Notes: a model not told the origin generated them from the sequence alone. Shown: positions 25,307 to 35,447, counted from the stretch's first letter. The stretch is 64,000 nt of DNA from an uncultured Sandaracinaceae bacterium (GCA_964495565.1 CAZBWQ010000010.1:3037-67036), one strand, 5' to 3'. Numbers and translations: made by a program.

Positions 25307-25950
25307 AGCGTGGGGGGCTCGGCATGGCCGGACTGGCCCTGTTGTGCTTGACGATTGCGTCGACTGCGTCGGCGCAGGAGCGCCGCGTCGACCTGCGTTT
25401 TCAGGGTGGCGTGAAGATGGGTGTTCCGATTTTCCTCGACGTGGACCGAAGCATCGTGCGGCCCGGTGCGAGCATCATGGGTTGGGGAGGCTTCGATCTC
25501 GGATGGTTCGTCTTCGGCTTCGGCCTCGGATGGCAATGGACCCGGATCGACACCAACGAGATTCCGGGCGTGCTCTTTCCACTCGGAAACGAGCCTCTGG
25601 TCCGGCTATTCTTCTCCCCCGAAGTGCGCTTCCAAGTGCCGACCATCGAGGCCGTCCTGCCTTACGTCACCGGTGCATTCGATGCGAACGTGTGGAGCTT
25701 CGAAGCGCTCGGAGCCTCGTGCGGTTGGTACTACTGCCGCGACGACGGCCTCGGACGATTTGCTCCTGGCTTCACCGGCAAGGGAGGCCTGGCGATCCGT
25801 CTCAAAGGCGCGATGTACCTCGACGTCGGCTTGCAGTATTCGATGAGTGGAAAAGGAAACTTCTTCGATCGCACGCAGTGGTGGCTGGAGCCTTTCATCG
25901 GATTCATCTACCGCGGGGATCGCGAGCGACTCGGAGGCATGGGCTTCTGA
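25303..25950 (+). CDS. secreted protein, probable outer-membrane beta-barrel
   Basis: ATGA overlap with the upstream gene. Signal peptide MKRGGLGMAGLALLCLTIASTASA|QE, alternating aromatic/Gly beta-strand pattern, C-terminal ...GMGF (terminal Phe). Confidence 0.55.
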   Translation: MKRGGLGMAGLALLCLTIASTASAQERRVDLRFQGGVKMGVPIFLDVDRSIVRPGASIMGWGGFDLGWFVFGFGLGWQWTRIDTNEIPGVLFPLGNEPLVRLFFSPEVRFQVPTIEAVLPYVTGAFDANVWSFEALGASCGWYYCRDDGLGRFAPGFTGKGGLAIRLKGAMYLDVGLQYSMSGKGNFFDRTQWWLEPFIGFIYRGDRERLGGMGF

Positions 25951-25982
25951 CCGAGCGCCCGCACCGGGTGTGCGCCCGAGCA

Positions 25983-26372
25983 CTACGTCGCGCTCGGCAG
26001 TAGCGCCCAAAGAATCGCCGCCCCGAAAGCCACCGCCATCGAGCTCCAGAGGCGCTGGCTGCTGGCGGGAAGGTCCACCCACCATTGAATCAGCGCCTTG
26101 TACCGGTCGACGCCGATGAAGGGGAGCGTGGCGGCGGCGAAAAAAGCGAGGACGGCGAGCACTTGAAGGAGCAGAGGAGCGCGCGACTCGAAGGCGGCAA
26201 ACCACAACGCGAGCGCCAGCACGAGCCGAATCACTACGGCTGCCACGAGACCGCCCCTCGTTGCAAATCGCTGGATGAGCTCGGTCAGACGCGCCGGCGC
26301 GAGCACCCCCCAGGCCCCGACGAGGACGACGAGGACTCCAAAGAGCCCCGAAATTTCGACCGCGAGAGGCAC
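25983..26372 (-). CDS. small integral membrane protein (4 predicted TM helices)
   Basis: 129 aa, hydrophobic throughout. Abuts the upstream gene with only 1 nt between that gene's stop (26374) and this start (26372). Confidence 0.5.
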   Translation of the reverse strand: MPLAVEISGLFGVLVVLVGAWGVLAPARLTELIQRFATRGGLVAAVVIRLVLALALWFAAFESRAPLLLQVLAVLAFFAAATLPFIGVDRYKALIQWWVDLPASSQRLWSSMAVAFGAAILWALLPSAT

Positions 26373-26373
26373 G

Positions 26374-26889
26374 TCAGCCCAGCTCCTCCTCGGCCCCGGG
26401 GACTACATCCGAAGCAGGCTCGTACATCGGGAGAGCTTGCTCGATCTGGTCCGCGGCCCTCGCCACCGCATGCATGAACAGCTCCAGGTCCTCGAGCTGC
26501 AGCTCCTCCAGCATCACGGTATGGCGTACCACGTAGACGTCGCCGTCCAAACAAAGCGATCCGACGGCCAGGCTGAAGCTTCGTTGCAGCGCGTCCATCG
26601 GCTCCAAACGCTCGACACGGCAACAAGCCGAGGAGAAGTCGACCCAGGCACGTCCCATCGCGTGGTAGTGAGCCACGATGACCGCTTGGAGCCTTCCCCC
26701 CGGATACTCGAAAACGACCTTGAAGCCGTGCTCGTGCTCCTCGGCCAACTTGTAGCTGGACCTCGCGTGATCCTGAATGTCGGTCCACGTCGGCACGGGC
26801 GAACGGTTGTAACACAAGAACCCGGAAAAAAGGGCTCGAAACTCCCCCGGCGCTGCGTACACTTCACGACATGCTTGAACGTTTGGCAT
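26374..26889 (-). CDS. hypothetical cytosolic protein (YbjN-like fold suspected)
   Basis: ATG 26889 (MPNVQACREVY...) preferred. Weak resemblance to YbjN-type proteins. Its start overlaps the divergent ligase start by 19 nt. Confidence 0.4.
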   Translation of the reverse strand: MPNVQACREVYAAPGEFRALFSGFLCYNRSPVPTWTDIQDHARSSYKLAEEHEHGFKVVFEYPGGRLQAVIVAHYHAMGRAWVDFSSACCRVERLEPMDALQRSFSLAVGSLCLDGDVYVVRHTVMLEELQLEDLELFMHAVARAADQIEQALPMYEPASDVVPGAEEELG

Positions 26890-28655
26890 CGCCGTTTTGG
26901 CGCTCCTCGATCGCGGCCGAGCTCCGAGTCGGACCGCTCGCGCTTCGCAAAACGGTGCCATGGCTGCTCCGGACGAAGCTCAAGCGTGTCGAAAGCTTGC
27001 TCGAGGTCGCGCTCCGAAACGCGGAACGTGCACCGCATGATCTCGCGCTCGAGATGGACGACGAGCATCTCACGTGGTCAGAGCTCGCAAACGCGACGTC
27101 GAGGATGGCTCACGTCGTCGCAGGGGCAGGCGTCAAACAGGGAGACGTGGTCGCCCTCCTCGCTGAGAACTCGCCGTTCTACGTCGCCGCCGTGCTGGGC
27201 ATCTCACGCGTCGGAGCCACGGTGGCGCTCATCAACACCAATCTTCGCGGCCGTCCGCTTTCTCACGCGGTCGAGAAAGCAAACGCCAAGGCAGTGGTGG
27301 TCAGCCATACGCTCGAGCCCGGGCTGCGCGAGTGCGAGGAGCTCTGCCAATCGCTCGATCGGATCTTCGTATTCGACCAGAAACCCTACGAACGGTTTCT
27401 CGGAAACGCCCCGACGGTTCCTTTTCCTCCTGCACCGGTACGCGCCGAGGACGACTTCATCTACATCTACACGTCTGGAACCACCGGCCTTCCCAAGCCG
27501 TGCAGGATCTCACACGCACGCGCCATTTTGGCCGGGGCGGGGTTCGGTCCGCTGATGTACGAGTTTCGCCCCGGGGACAAGCTTTATTGCGTGCTTCCGC
27601 TTTATCACGCGAGCGGCTTTCTCTTGGGTGTCAGCGCCGCCATCACGTCGCGCGTCCCCGTCGCGCTGCGACGCTCGTTCAGCGCAAGCGCCTTCTGGGA
27701 CGACGTGCATCGGTACCAGGCGACCGCGATTCTCTACATCGGCGAGCTCTGCCGATACCTGGTGAATTCTCCGCCGCACCCGAGGGAGCTTCCAAACCCA
27801 GTGCGCGTCGCCGTCGGCAACGGGCTTCGCCCGGACATCTGGCCGCACTTCAAGTCGAGGTTCGCCATCGATCAGATTCGAGAGTTCTACGGCGCAACCG
27901 AGGCACCCGGGTTCATCGCCAATCTCAGCGGACGCGAGGGCTCCGTGGGTCGCGTTCCCTTGGGAGGGCTCGGATGGATGCGCCTGGTACGGTACGACGT
28001 GGACCAAGAAGACCACGTGCGTGACGAGCGAGGCTTCTGCATCCCTTGCGAGCCACACGAGGTCGGTGAGCTCCTGATTCGCGTGCCGAAGGTCTCCACC
28101 GGCGGTCTCGAGTACCGCGGCTACACCGACGATGCCGCGACGGAGCAGAAGCTGTTACGCGACGTCTTCAAGAGCGGCGACCAGTACTTCCGCTCGGGCG
28201 ACTTGCTTCGATACGACGAGGACGGCTTCTACTATTTCGTCGATCGCATCGGCGACACGTTTCGTTGGAAGGGCGAGAACGTATCGACCGCCGAGGTCGC
28301 AGACGTCATCGCGACTCACGACGGCATCGAAGAAGCGACGGTCGTGGGTGTCGAAGTGCCGAACATGGAGGGGCGGGCCGGGCTCGCGGCAATCGTTCCA
28401 GTCGGAGCGTTCGACGCCGAGCGGTTCTGGGAATCCATCTCGGAGCTCCCCTCGTATGCACAGCCGCGATTCGTCCGCGTGGTGGGGGGATTGGCGAAGA
28501 CGGCCACCTTCAAGATTCAGAAGAGCGATCTCAGGGCTCAAGGAGCGGATCCTGCCGCGGTCGAAGACCCGCTGTTCGTGCGAACGAACCGCGGATACGA
28601 GCCCCTCACCGCGGAACGCTGGGCCGACATCAAGGAAGGACGTCTCCAGCTCTGA
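26871..28655 (+). CDS. very-long-chain acyl-CoA synthetase / FATP-like AMP-dependent ligase
   Basis: IYTSGTTGLPKP (AMP motif I), YGATE, and GDLLRYDEDGFYYFVDRIGDTFRWKGENVS. Confidence 0.85.
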   Translation: MLERLASPFWRSSIAAELRVGPLALRKTVPWLLRTKLKRVESLLEVALRNAERAPHDLALEMDDEHLTWSELANATSRMAHVVAGAGVKQGDVVALLAENSPFYVAAVLGISRVGATVALINTNLRGRPLSHAVEKANAKAVVVSHTLEPGLRECEELCQSLDRIFVFDQKPYERFLGNAPTVPFPPAPVRAEDDFIYIYTSGTTGLPKPCRISHARAILAGAGFGPLMYEFRPGDKLYCVLPLYHASGFLLGVSAAITSRVPVALRRSFSASAFWDDVHRYQATAILYIGELCRYLVNSPPHPRELPNPVRVAVGNGLRPDIWPHFKSRFAIDQIREFYGATEAPGFIANLSGREGSVGRVPLGGLGWMRLVRYDVDQEDHVRDERGFCIPCEPHEVGELLIRVPKVSTGGLEYRGYTDDAATEQKLLRDVFKSGDQYFRSGDLLRYDEDGFYYFVDRIGDTFRWKGENVSTAEVADVIATHDGIEEATVVGVEVPNMEGRAGLAAIVPVGAFDAERFWESISELPSYAQPRFVRVVGGLAKTATFKIQKSDLRAQGADPAAVEDPLFVRTNRGYEPLTAERWADIKEGRLQL

Positions 28656-29095
28656 TGCCGGCGATGAATGCGGAGGAAATCGAGGACTTCATGAAGAAGT
28701 TCTTCCCGCAGGCGCGGATGCCGATCGAGATCTCGGACGTGGCTGACGGGCTCGTTCGGATTCGGCTGCGGGTGAGCGATCGATACCTGCGCCCCGGCGG
28801 CACCGTGTCCGGCCCTACCTTGATGACGCTGGCAGACACTGCGATGTACTACCTGGTGCTGTCGATGATCGGACCGGTGGCGCTCGCTCTCACCACGAAC
28901 CTCCACATCAACTTCCTAAGGGCCCCGAAGCTGGGCGACGTCGTGGCAGAGGCGAAGATGCTCAAGCTCGGAAAGCGCCTGGCCGTCGGGCAGGTGACGA
29001 TTCATTCGGTAGGGACGGACGATCCGGTCGCACATGCCACCGTGACGTACTCCATCCCCCCGGCGGCTACTCCACCCCAAGCGCCTTCCGAATGA
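28655..29095 (+). CDS. PaaI-family hotdog thioesterase
   Basis: TGATG overlap with the ligase gene (28653-28657). RPGGTVSGPTLMTLADTAMYY...AKMLKLGKRLAVGQVTI. Confidence 0.8.
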   Translation: MPAMNAEEIEDFMKKFFPQARMPIEISDVADGLVRIRLRVSDRYLRPGGTVSGPTLMTLADTAMYYLVLSMIGPVALALTTNLHINFLRAPKLGDVVAEAKMLKLGKRLAVGQVTIHSVGTDDPVAHATVTYSIPPAATPPQAPSE

Positions 29096-29651
29096 TCGCC
29101 GAGTCTTCGGGTGCGTACTCGATCTCGAGCGCGGCGCGATGAGCTTTTTCCGTCATCTTGCCCCACGTCTTTTGGATGATGGGAATGAGCTTTTCCTCGT
29201 CGTGCTTCCTCGCGAAATCGTGGAAGTAGTGCTCGAGAAATACCAAGCAGATGACGTCCTCGAGCAGTTGGACGTCGGGATCGGTCTTCAAGCCGCGCTT
29301 GCGAAGAAGGGTTTGGACTCGGCCGATGGTCTGCTCGTCGTAGCCGACCTCCTCCATGATGCGACCCGCGATGTCCCCATGACGCTTGTAGAGATCGGTC
29401 CGCCACTTGAGGTACCCGGCCCTCCCCTCCGGATAACTCTCACGTGGCACCTCCCAACGACGAATGTGCTGAGCGCGCGCTGCAAGCCGGACGGTCTCCG
29501 GCGCATCGGGAGCAAAGGCATCGAGGCGCGCGGACATGCGCATGCCGTAGATCAACTCCTTGGGGACCGCCTTGCCGTTCACGACCTCCCGGTTCGGATC
29601 GTCGGCGTTGGCCTCGTCGAAACGGTGGAAGGCTTGTTCGAGTCGAGACAT
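29067..29651 (-). CDS. DUF4202-like protein
   Basis: Only the 3' 194 codons of the 29067-30383 ORF look genuine (MSRLEQAFHRFDEANADDPN...RAQHIRRWEVPRESYPEGRAGYLKWR...LEDVICLVFLE). The upstream part is Arg-rich GC artefact. Confidence 0.6.
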   Translation of the reverse strand: MSRLEQAFHRFDEANADDPNREVVNGKAVPKELIYGMRMSARLDAFAPDAPETVRLAARAQHIRRWEVPRESYPEGRAGYLKWRTDLYKRHGDIAGRIMEEVGYDEQTIGRVQTLLRKRGLKTDPDVQLLEDVICLVFLEHYFHDFARKHDEEKLIPIIQKTWGKMTEKAHRAALEIEYAPEDSAIIRKALGVE

Positions 29652-29728
29652 CGCTTCGATCTTATCACGCTCCACCTGGTCGCGGGGCCGCCGTGGCATC
29701 GCGACGGCTGCGGACGGCCGTCGGCGAC

Positions 29729-30307
29729 TCAGAGAGCGGCTTCCTTCGCGGCGCTGCGGGCGGCTGCGCAGACCGATGCCAGCGAGATCCCACCGAACAT
29801 CAAGCTGACGCCGACGAGCGTTCCCACGGCCCAGACCCCGGAAACGGGAAATTGGGCCCAGATCATCACGCCCAGCGCCAACGCCACGATGCCGCTGAAC
29901 AAGGTCCAGCCCCACCCCTTGATGGGACGCAGTCGAAATGCCCAGATGATCTCGAAGGCTCCTTCGACCAAGAAGTACGCGGCGAGAAAAAGGGTCAGCG
30001 TCGCGAGCGCCATTCCCGGTCGGCCGAGCATGTAACCACCTGCGACGACCGAAAGCAGGCCGATCACGAAGACGAGCAGCCCGTGGCCGAATGAGCCCAT
30101 CCGAAACGCGAGGAACAACCGAGACACCCCCGCGACGATCAAAAGCACGCCCACGGTAAGCGCCACCGAGAGTCCGGCGACGAGCGGGGCGACCAGCGCC
30201 AAGAAGCCGGCGATCGCGCTCAAGATTCCGACGGCGATGCCAACACCGGCATGCCGCTTGATGGTTCGAAGCATCTCGGGATCGGCTCCCTGAATCGTGT
30301 TCGCCAT
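29729..30307 (-). CDS. HdeD/DUF308 family membrane protein
   Basis: 192 aa from ATG 30307, with six hydrophobic helices and repeated G-rich segments typical of DUF308. The rest of the 29729-31054 ORF is rejected. Confidence 0.7.
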   Translation of the reverse strand: MANTIQGADPEMLRTIKRHAGVGIAVGILSAIAGFLALVAPLVAGLSVALTVGVLLIVAGVSRLFLAFRMGSFGHGLLVFVIGLLSVVAGGYMLGRPGMALATLTLFLAAYFLVEGAFEIIWAFRLRPIKGWGWTLFSGIVALALGVMIWAQFPVSGVWAVGTLVGVSLMFGGISLASVCAAARSAAKEAAL

Positions 30308-30445
30308 GACGGTCTTCCTCCGGACGAAAGCAGAGCGCAGCAACGGGAAAATGGCAAGGACTATCGCGAGGCATTCTTGGCATGCGGCTGGTTTGCGCTT
30401 GAAAACCGGCACGGTCCGTGATTTGGTCCCTGCGCTGTCGACGTC

Positions 30446-31048
30446 ATGAAACAGATGTGGGACGAGCGCTACGCCGGCGAAGAGTATGCATACGGCGAAG
30501 CACCAAACGCGTTCTTCCAAGCGACGCTCGATCGCATCGATCGGCCCGGTCGAATCCTGCTGCCCGCGGAGGGCGAAGGCAGGAACGCGGTGTACGCGGC
30601 GAGCCGAGGTTGGGCGGTCGAGGCGTTCGACATCAGCCCGGTAGGACGCGAAAAAGCGTTTCGGCTCGCGGCCAAACACGGGGTGCACATCGACTACGAG
30701 GTCGCCGACTACGAAAGCGTGTCGATCGAGCCCGACGCCTACGACGTCGTGGCCTTGATCTTCGCACACGTCCACGAACGCGCGCGGCGCTCGCTCCACC
30801 GTCGGCTCAGCCAGGCGCTCGTCCCGGGCGGCATCATGATTCTCGAAGCCTACGGAAAAGAGCAGCTTCGCTACGGCACTGGAGGCCCGCCGAACGAGGA
30901 GCTCCTCTACGCACTCGACGAAATCCGGGAGGACTTCTCGGGTTTGGCCCTGCTGCACCTCGAGCAGATCGAGACGGAGATTCACGAGGGCAAGTACCAC
31001 CACGGGCTGAGCAGTGTCATTCGCTTCGTCGGACGAAGGAAGACCTGA
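30446..31048 (+). CDS. class I SAM-dependent methyltransferase
   Basis: MWDERYAGEEYAYGEAPN... ILLPAEGEGRNAVYAASRGWAVEAFDIS (motif I). Confidence 0.8.
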   Translation: MKQMWDERYAGEEYAYGEAPNAFFQATLDRIDRPGRILLPAEGEGRNAVYAASRGWAVEAFDISPVGREKAFRLAAKHGVHIDYEVADYESVSIEPDAYDVVALIFAHVHERARRSLHRRLSQALVPGGIMILEAYGKEQLRYGTGGPPNEELLYALDEIREDFSGLALLHLEQIETEIHEGKYHHGLSSVIRFVGRRKT

Positions 31049-31078
31049 GCCCATCGCGGAAGCCAGCCGGAGGAACGT

Positions 31079-32752
31079 CTATGGTCCTACACCGACCTCG
31101 AGCTCCCGGTCGTACACCGACTCCCAAAACGCGCAGACGTCGCTACGAAAATCGTCGACGGTGCCGAGCGTGACGTCCAAGTTGAGCCGGGTATCGGACA
31201 TCGAGGAAAAGGCTGGCCAAGTCGGGTCGCCGTCTCCGTTCGGATCCCCGTCGGCCGCGAAGCGGCCCCAGTAGCGGCGCATCACGGAAGAGAGGGCCAA
31301 ATCCTCCTCGCCGATCAGATCCGGCCCGACCGAGCCGAAGACGTAGGCGATCTCCGCGCCGTGCGTAGCCCTCAGATCCAAGGGCGCGAGCGCGGGAATC
31401 GGGATCGGACGCGCGAAGTTGTAGACGAAGACGGGAAGCCCGGCATCGGAGGCCCGCTTGGCGGTGTCTCGGGTCGAGCAGACCAACGCGGCATCTCCCG
31501 TCACTCGTTCGAGGGCGTCCTGCGGAGAGTCGAACGCGCTCGTGGGATACTCGGCTGCCACCTGGACGGCGAGCTCGGATCCGAACCGCCGCTCGAGGGC
31601 CGCGAGGTACTCCTCCTCGGTCGTCACCGGAGTCTGAAGCACGTGAAAGAGCGTACCTTCGTCCGAATTGCTGCCGAGCAAGTACGGAACGTCGGCCACG
31701 TCACCGCTTGCGAAGAGCGCCCGCGGTTGCTCTGGCAGCACCGTGCCGTCGACGATGGGCGTGAACTGCCATCGCGGAGTCCCTCCAGCGTAGAGGTCAC
31801 CTCCCGGGAGCCCCTCCTGGGCGCCATCGACGGGCGCTCCCATCAGCAGATCGGCGACCGGGACGGCTCGAAGACAGGCGGCCACGTCGGCCGCGTCACC
31901 GCATCCCATGGCGTCGGCGAACACGTTTGCCTCGGCCTCGGCCGTCTCGCGCGTGCGCAGAGCCGTGGTGCAGCCTCCGCTCTGGCTGATGGCCCGGTGA
32001 AAGAAACCGCGCGAGCCCGGGGACGCGACGTGAAAGCACACGTCGAATGCGCCTGCGGACTCGCCGAAGATCGTGATGTTGTCGGGATCGCCTCCGAACG
32101 CCGCGATGTTGTCGGCCACCCATTGCATCGCCATTCGCTGGTCCAACAGGCCTTGGTTGCCGGCGGCGGAGCCCTCTTCTGCGCTCAACGCTTCATGCGT
32201 GAAAAACCCCATGACCCCGAGGCGGTAGTTGGCCGTGACCACCACCACGCCGGCTTCCTCGACCAAGCCGCGCCCGTCGTAAAAGAGCGTGGGAGGGTCG
32301 ACGAAGGGGATCGTGTCGCCCGTCGAGCCCGTGATGTTGGAGCCTCCGTGAAACCAGAGCATCACCGGCAGGGCCGACGCGGGTGCTGGCTCCGGAGCCC
32401 ACACGTTCAGATAGAGGCAGTCCTCGTTCTCGCTCGATGCCGGGCTGGTGAGCGATCCGAGCTGTGGACAAGCCGCCGAAAACTCGGTGGCATCGAGGGC
32501 CGCATCCCACGGCTCCGGAGGTTGCGGGGCTCGCCAACGTCGTTCGCCCGTCGGCGGGGCGGCAAAGGGAATCCCCAAGAATCGACGCGTGCTTCCATCG
32601 ACCTCGCCGATCACGACTCCGTCGGGCAAGGCGATCTGCGTGCCCTGCTGGATCCCAGGGTCGCCGTCATCGCCGCCACAGCCCAAGAGCGCCTGAGCCA
32701 TCACGAGCAAGCCGAGGGCTGCCCATCGCGCGGTCGAGCCGAATCTTCGCAT
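31079..32752 (-). CDS. type-B carboxylesterase lipoprotein
   Basis: Lipobox AQALLGCGG, oxyanion HGGS, nucleophile elbow FGESAGA. ATG 32752 preferred. Confidence 0.9.
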   Translation of the reverse strand: MRRFGSTARWAALGLLVMAQALLGCGGDDGDPGIQQGTQIALPDGVVIGEVDGSTRRFLGIPFAAPPTGERRWRAPQPPEPWDAALDATEFSAACPQLGSLTSPASSENEDCLYLNVWAPEPAPASALPVMLWFHGGSNITGSTGDTIPFVDPPTLFYDGRGLVEEAGVVVVTANYRLGVMGFFTHEALSAEEGSAAGNQGLLDQRMAMQWVADNIAAFGGDPDNITIFGESAGAFDVCFHVASPGSRGFFHRAISQSGGCTTALRTRETAEAEANVFADAMGCGDAADVAACLRAVPVADLLMGAPVDGAQEGLPGGDLYAGGTPRWQFTPIVDGTVLPEQPRALFASGDVADVPYLLGSNSDEGTLFHVLQTPVTTEEEYLAALERRFGSELAVQVAAEYPTSAFDSPQDALERVTGDAALVCSTRDTAKRASDAGLPVFVYNFARPIPIPALAPLDLRATHGAEIAYVFGSVGPDLIGEEDLALSSVMRRYWGRFAADGDPNGDGDPTWPAFSSMSDTRLNLDVTLGTVDDFRSDVCAFWESVYDRELEVGVGP

Positions 32753-32907
32753 CCCGAGACCTCCGTTCGTTCGGGGCGGTCCTACCCTCGTCGGATCCAA
32801 ATCGCAATCCTCCGTTTCCCTTCGGGATCGAACGGCGGGCGCCCGAGGCGCCTTGCACGATGCCTACCATATGGTAGAGAAATGACGACCACTTGGTAGG
32901 GACCACC

Positions 32908-33516
32908 ATGGACGTGCGCACCGAAATCCTCAGCCAAGCCGCCCGCCTGTTCGCGGAGCGAGGCTACGACGGCACTTCGGTTCAGGAGATCGCCGACGCG
33001 GTCGGCATCCGGAAGCCCAGCCTCCTCTACCACTTTCGGTCGAAAGACGTGCTGCGACAGAGCGTCTTGGCCGAAATGCTCGCCCACTGGAATGCGGTGC
33101 TCCCCGGTTTGCTGCTCAAGGCTTCCACCGAGGAGCGCTTCGACGCCACCATGCAGGCGCTCACCGATTTCTTCCTCGAGGACCCCGATCGTGCACGCCT
33201 CTTTCTGCGAGAGACGTTGGATCGCCCCGAAGAGATGCAGGCTCTCCTCGGCGAGTTCGTGAGACCGTGGATCCAGCTTCTCGGTGGGCAGCTCCAACGA
33301 GCCAAGGAGCAGGGCTTGGTCCAACCTGGCGTCGACCCGCAAGCGTACGCCGTGGAAGTGATCACGATGGCGGTTGCAGGAACGGCGGTGGTCGACACGC
33401 TCGGCGTGATTTTGCCCCCGGACCCCGAACGAGGCAGCACCCGAAAGCGTCATGCGTCGGAGCTCATCCGTGTTGCGCGATCGAGTCTCTATACGAACGA
33501 GCAAGGCAAGAGGTAA
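32908..33516 (+). CDS. TetR/AcrR family transcriptional regulator
   Basis: ILSQAARLFAERGYDGTSVQEIADAVGIRKPSLLYHFRSK (TetR_N). ATG 32908 preferred over TTG 32893. Confidence 0.85.
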   Translation: MDVRTEILSQAARLFAERGYDGTSVQEIADAVGIRKPSLLYHFRSKDVLRQSVLAEMLAHWNAVLPGLLLKASTEERFDATMQALTDFFLEDPDRARLFLRETLDRPEEMQALLGEFVRPWIQLLGGQLQRAKEQGLVQPGVDPQAYAVEVITMAVAGTAVVDTLGVILPPDPERGSTRKRHASELIRVARSSLYTNEQGKR

Positions 33517-33518
33517 TC

Positions 33519-35447
33519 ATGGCCAATTTCTTCAAAGACAACGAGGATCTTCGATACTACTTCGACAAGGGGATCGACTGGGATTCTCTGGTCCGAATCA
33601 CCGAGCACGAGTTTGCCGACGCGGAGGGCGAAGGGTTCGCCAACACGGAAGAGGCCGTCGAGCTCTATCGAGAGATCATCGAGATGTTCGGTCAATTCGT
33701 GGCGGAGGAAATCAAGCCCTACGAGAAGGAGATCGACGAACAAGGCGTCGAGCTCGTGGACGGCGAGGTCGTGTTTCCGCCGCGACTCGCCGGCATCTTC
33801 GAGAAGATCAAAGAGCTCGATCTACATGGTCTGCCCGTACCGCGTGAGCTGGGCGGCATGAACGCGCCGCTGTTGCTCTACTTCTTGAACAGCGAGCTCA
33901 TGGCGAGGGCAGACGTCTCGGCCATGGCGCACCATGGATTCCACGCGGGCATCGCGATGGCCATGCTGGTGTTTTCCGCGCTGGAAGGCAGCTCCGAAAT
34001 CGACCCGAAGACGGGGCGCATCTCGAAGACCCGCTGGGAGAAGGCCATCCGGGAAATCGCCAATGGGGATGCGTGGGGCTGCATGGACATCACCGAGCCC
34101 GACGCGGGCTCCGACATGGCCGCGCTGCGCACCGTCGCCGAGCAGGACGAAGCCGGAAACTGGTACGTCACCGGCGAGAAGATCTTCATCACCTCGGGAC
34201 ACGGAAAGTACCACTTCGTGATCGCTCGAACCGAGGAGCACGATCCCGAAGACCCGATGAGCGGCCTGAGCGGGCTTTCGATGTTCTTGGTCCCCACGTA
34301 CGAAGAAGACGAAGCTGGCAATCGGCGACGCATCGTTCAAATCAGCCGGGTCGAGGAAAAGCTCGGCCACCACGGGTCCGCGACCTGCGGCTTGGTGTTC
34401 GACCGAGCGCCCGCGGAGCTGGTCGGAGAGCGTGGCGAGGGCTTCAAGTACATGCTGACGCTGATGAACAACGCTCGGGTGGGCGTCGGTTTCGAGTGCA
34501 TCGGGCTGAGCGAATCCGCTCACCGAGTCGCCGCCCAATACGCGTCCGAGCGCGTTTCGATGGGGAAGCCGATCGAACGGCACGAGATGATCGCGGATTA
34601 CCTCGAGACGATGCAAACGGAGATCCAAGGCGTGCGGGCCATCGCCGTGGCCGCTGGCTTCCACGAAGAGATGGCGCAAAAGCTCGCCCTGACCGTCCGT
34701 CACGGCGGGGTCGACGAGTCGGAGCGCCCACAGCTCGAGCGCTTGCTTCGGTCGCACCAAAAGAAAGCGCGTCGGCTCACGCCCCTTCTCAAGTACTTCG
34801 GAGCGGAGAATGCCGTCAAGCACGCGCGGCTCGCCCTGCAGATCCATGGCGGCAACGGCTACGTCACCGAATATTTGCCCGAGAAGTTGGTTCGAGATGC
34901 CTTGGTCATGCCGATTTACGAGGGCACGAGCCAGATCCAAGCCCTGATGGCCATGAAGGACACGCTGGGCGGCATCATCAAGAACCCCCAGGCCTTCGTC
35001 CGGAGGATGGCGCAGGCTCGCTGGCGTGCCCTGTCGAGTCGTGACCCCCTCGAGCGCCGCGTCGCTCAGCTTCAGACCCTTTGCTACGGAGCGCAGCAGC
35101 ACCTCGTGTTGAAGACGGCGGGCGACAAGATGAAGGGCCTACGAGGCAAGCCGATCGCCGAGTGGTCGACCGAGCTGACGAAGAGCTGGGATCCCAAGCG
35201 CGACTTCGCCTATGCGATGCTTCACGCCGAACGCTTGATCCAGCTCCTCGGATACACCGCGATCGCGGAGCTCCTGCTCGACCAGGTGCGCAAGCACCCC
35301 GAACGCGCCGACGTTCTCGAGCGACATCTGGAGCTCGTGGAGCCCAAAGCGCGCTGCCTTCACGAGACGATTGCCACCACGGGCCAGCGGCTCTTGCGGA
35401 AGCTATCGCCGGCGGTCGCGGAACCTACGGATCAAGCGGCGGAGTGA
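33519..35447 (+). CDS. long (642-aa) acyl-CoA dehydrogenase
   Basis: ATG 33519 lies 2 nt after the TetR stop. ITEPDAGSD, FITSG, IHGGNGYVTEYLPEKLVRDALVMPIYEGTSQIQ (catalytic Glu present). Confidence 0.85.
   Translation: MANFFKDNEDLRYYFDKGIDWDSLVRITEHEFADAEGEGFANTEEAVELYREIIEMFGQFVAEEIKPYEKEIDEQGVELVDGEVVFPPRLAGIFEKIKELDLHGLPVPRELGGMNAPLLLYFLNSELMARADVSAMAHHGFHAGIAMAMLVFSALEGSSEIDPKTGRISKTRWEKAIREIANGDAWGCMDITEPDAGSDMAALRTVAEQDEAGNWYVTGEKIFITSGHGKYHFVIARTEEHDPEDPMSGLSGLSMFLVPTYEEDEAGNRRRIVQISRVEEKLGHHGSATCGLVFDRAPAELVGERGEGFKYMLTLMNNARVGVGFECIGLSESAHRVAAQYASERVSMGKPIERHEMIADYLETMQTEIQGVRAIAVAAGFHEEMAQKLALTVRHGGVDESERPQLERLLRSHQKKARRLTPLLKYFGAENAVKHARLALQIHGGNGYVTEYLPEKLVRDALVMPIYEGTSQIQALMAMKDTLGGIIKNPQAFVRRMAQARWRALSSRDPLERRVAQLQTLCYGAQQHLVLKTAGDKMKGLRGKPIAEWSTELTKSWDPKRDFAYAMLHAERLIQLLGYTAIAELLLDQVRKHPERADVLERHLELVEPKARCLHETIATTGQRLLRKLSPAVAEPTDQAAE

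Noticed and set aside
25951-25982. Direct repeat of gcgcccg in the short gap between the convergent genes at 25950/25983, considered as a terminator or repeat element.
   Set aside because: The two copies are direct, not inverted. No stable hairpin or T-run is present, and the repeat is too short to be meaningful.
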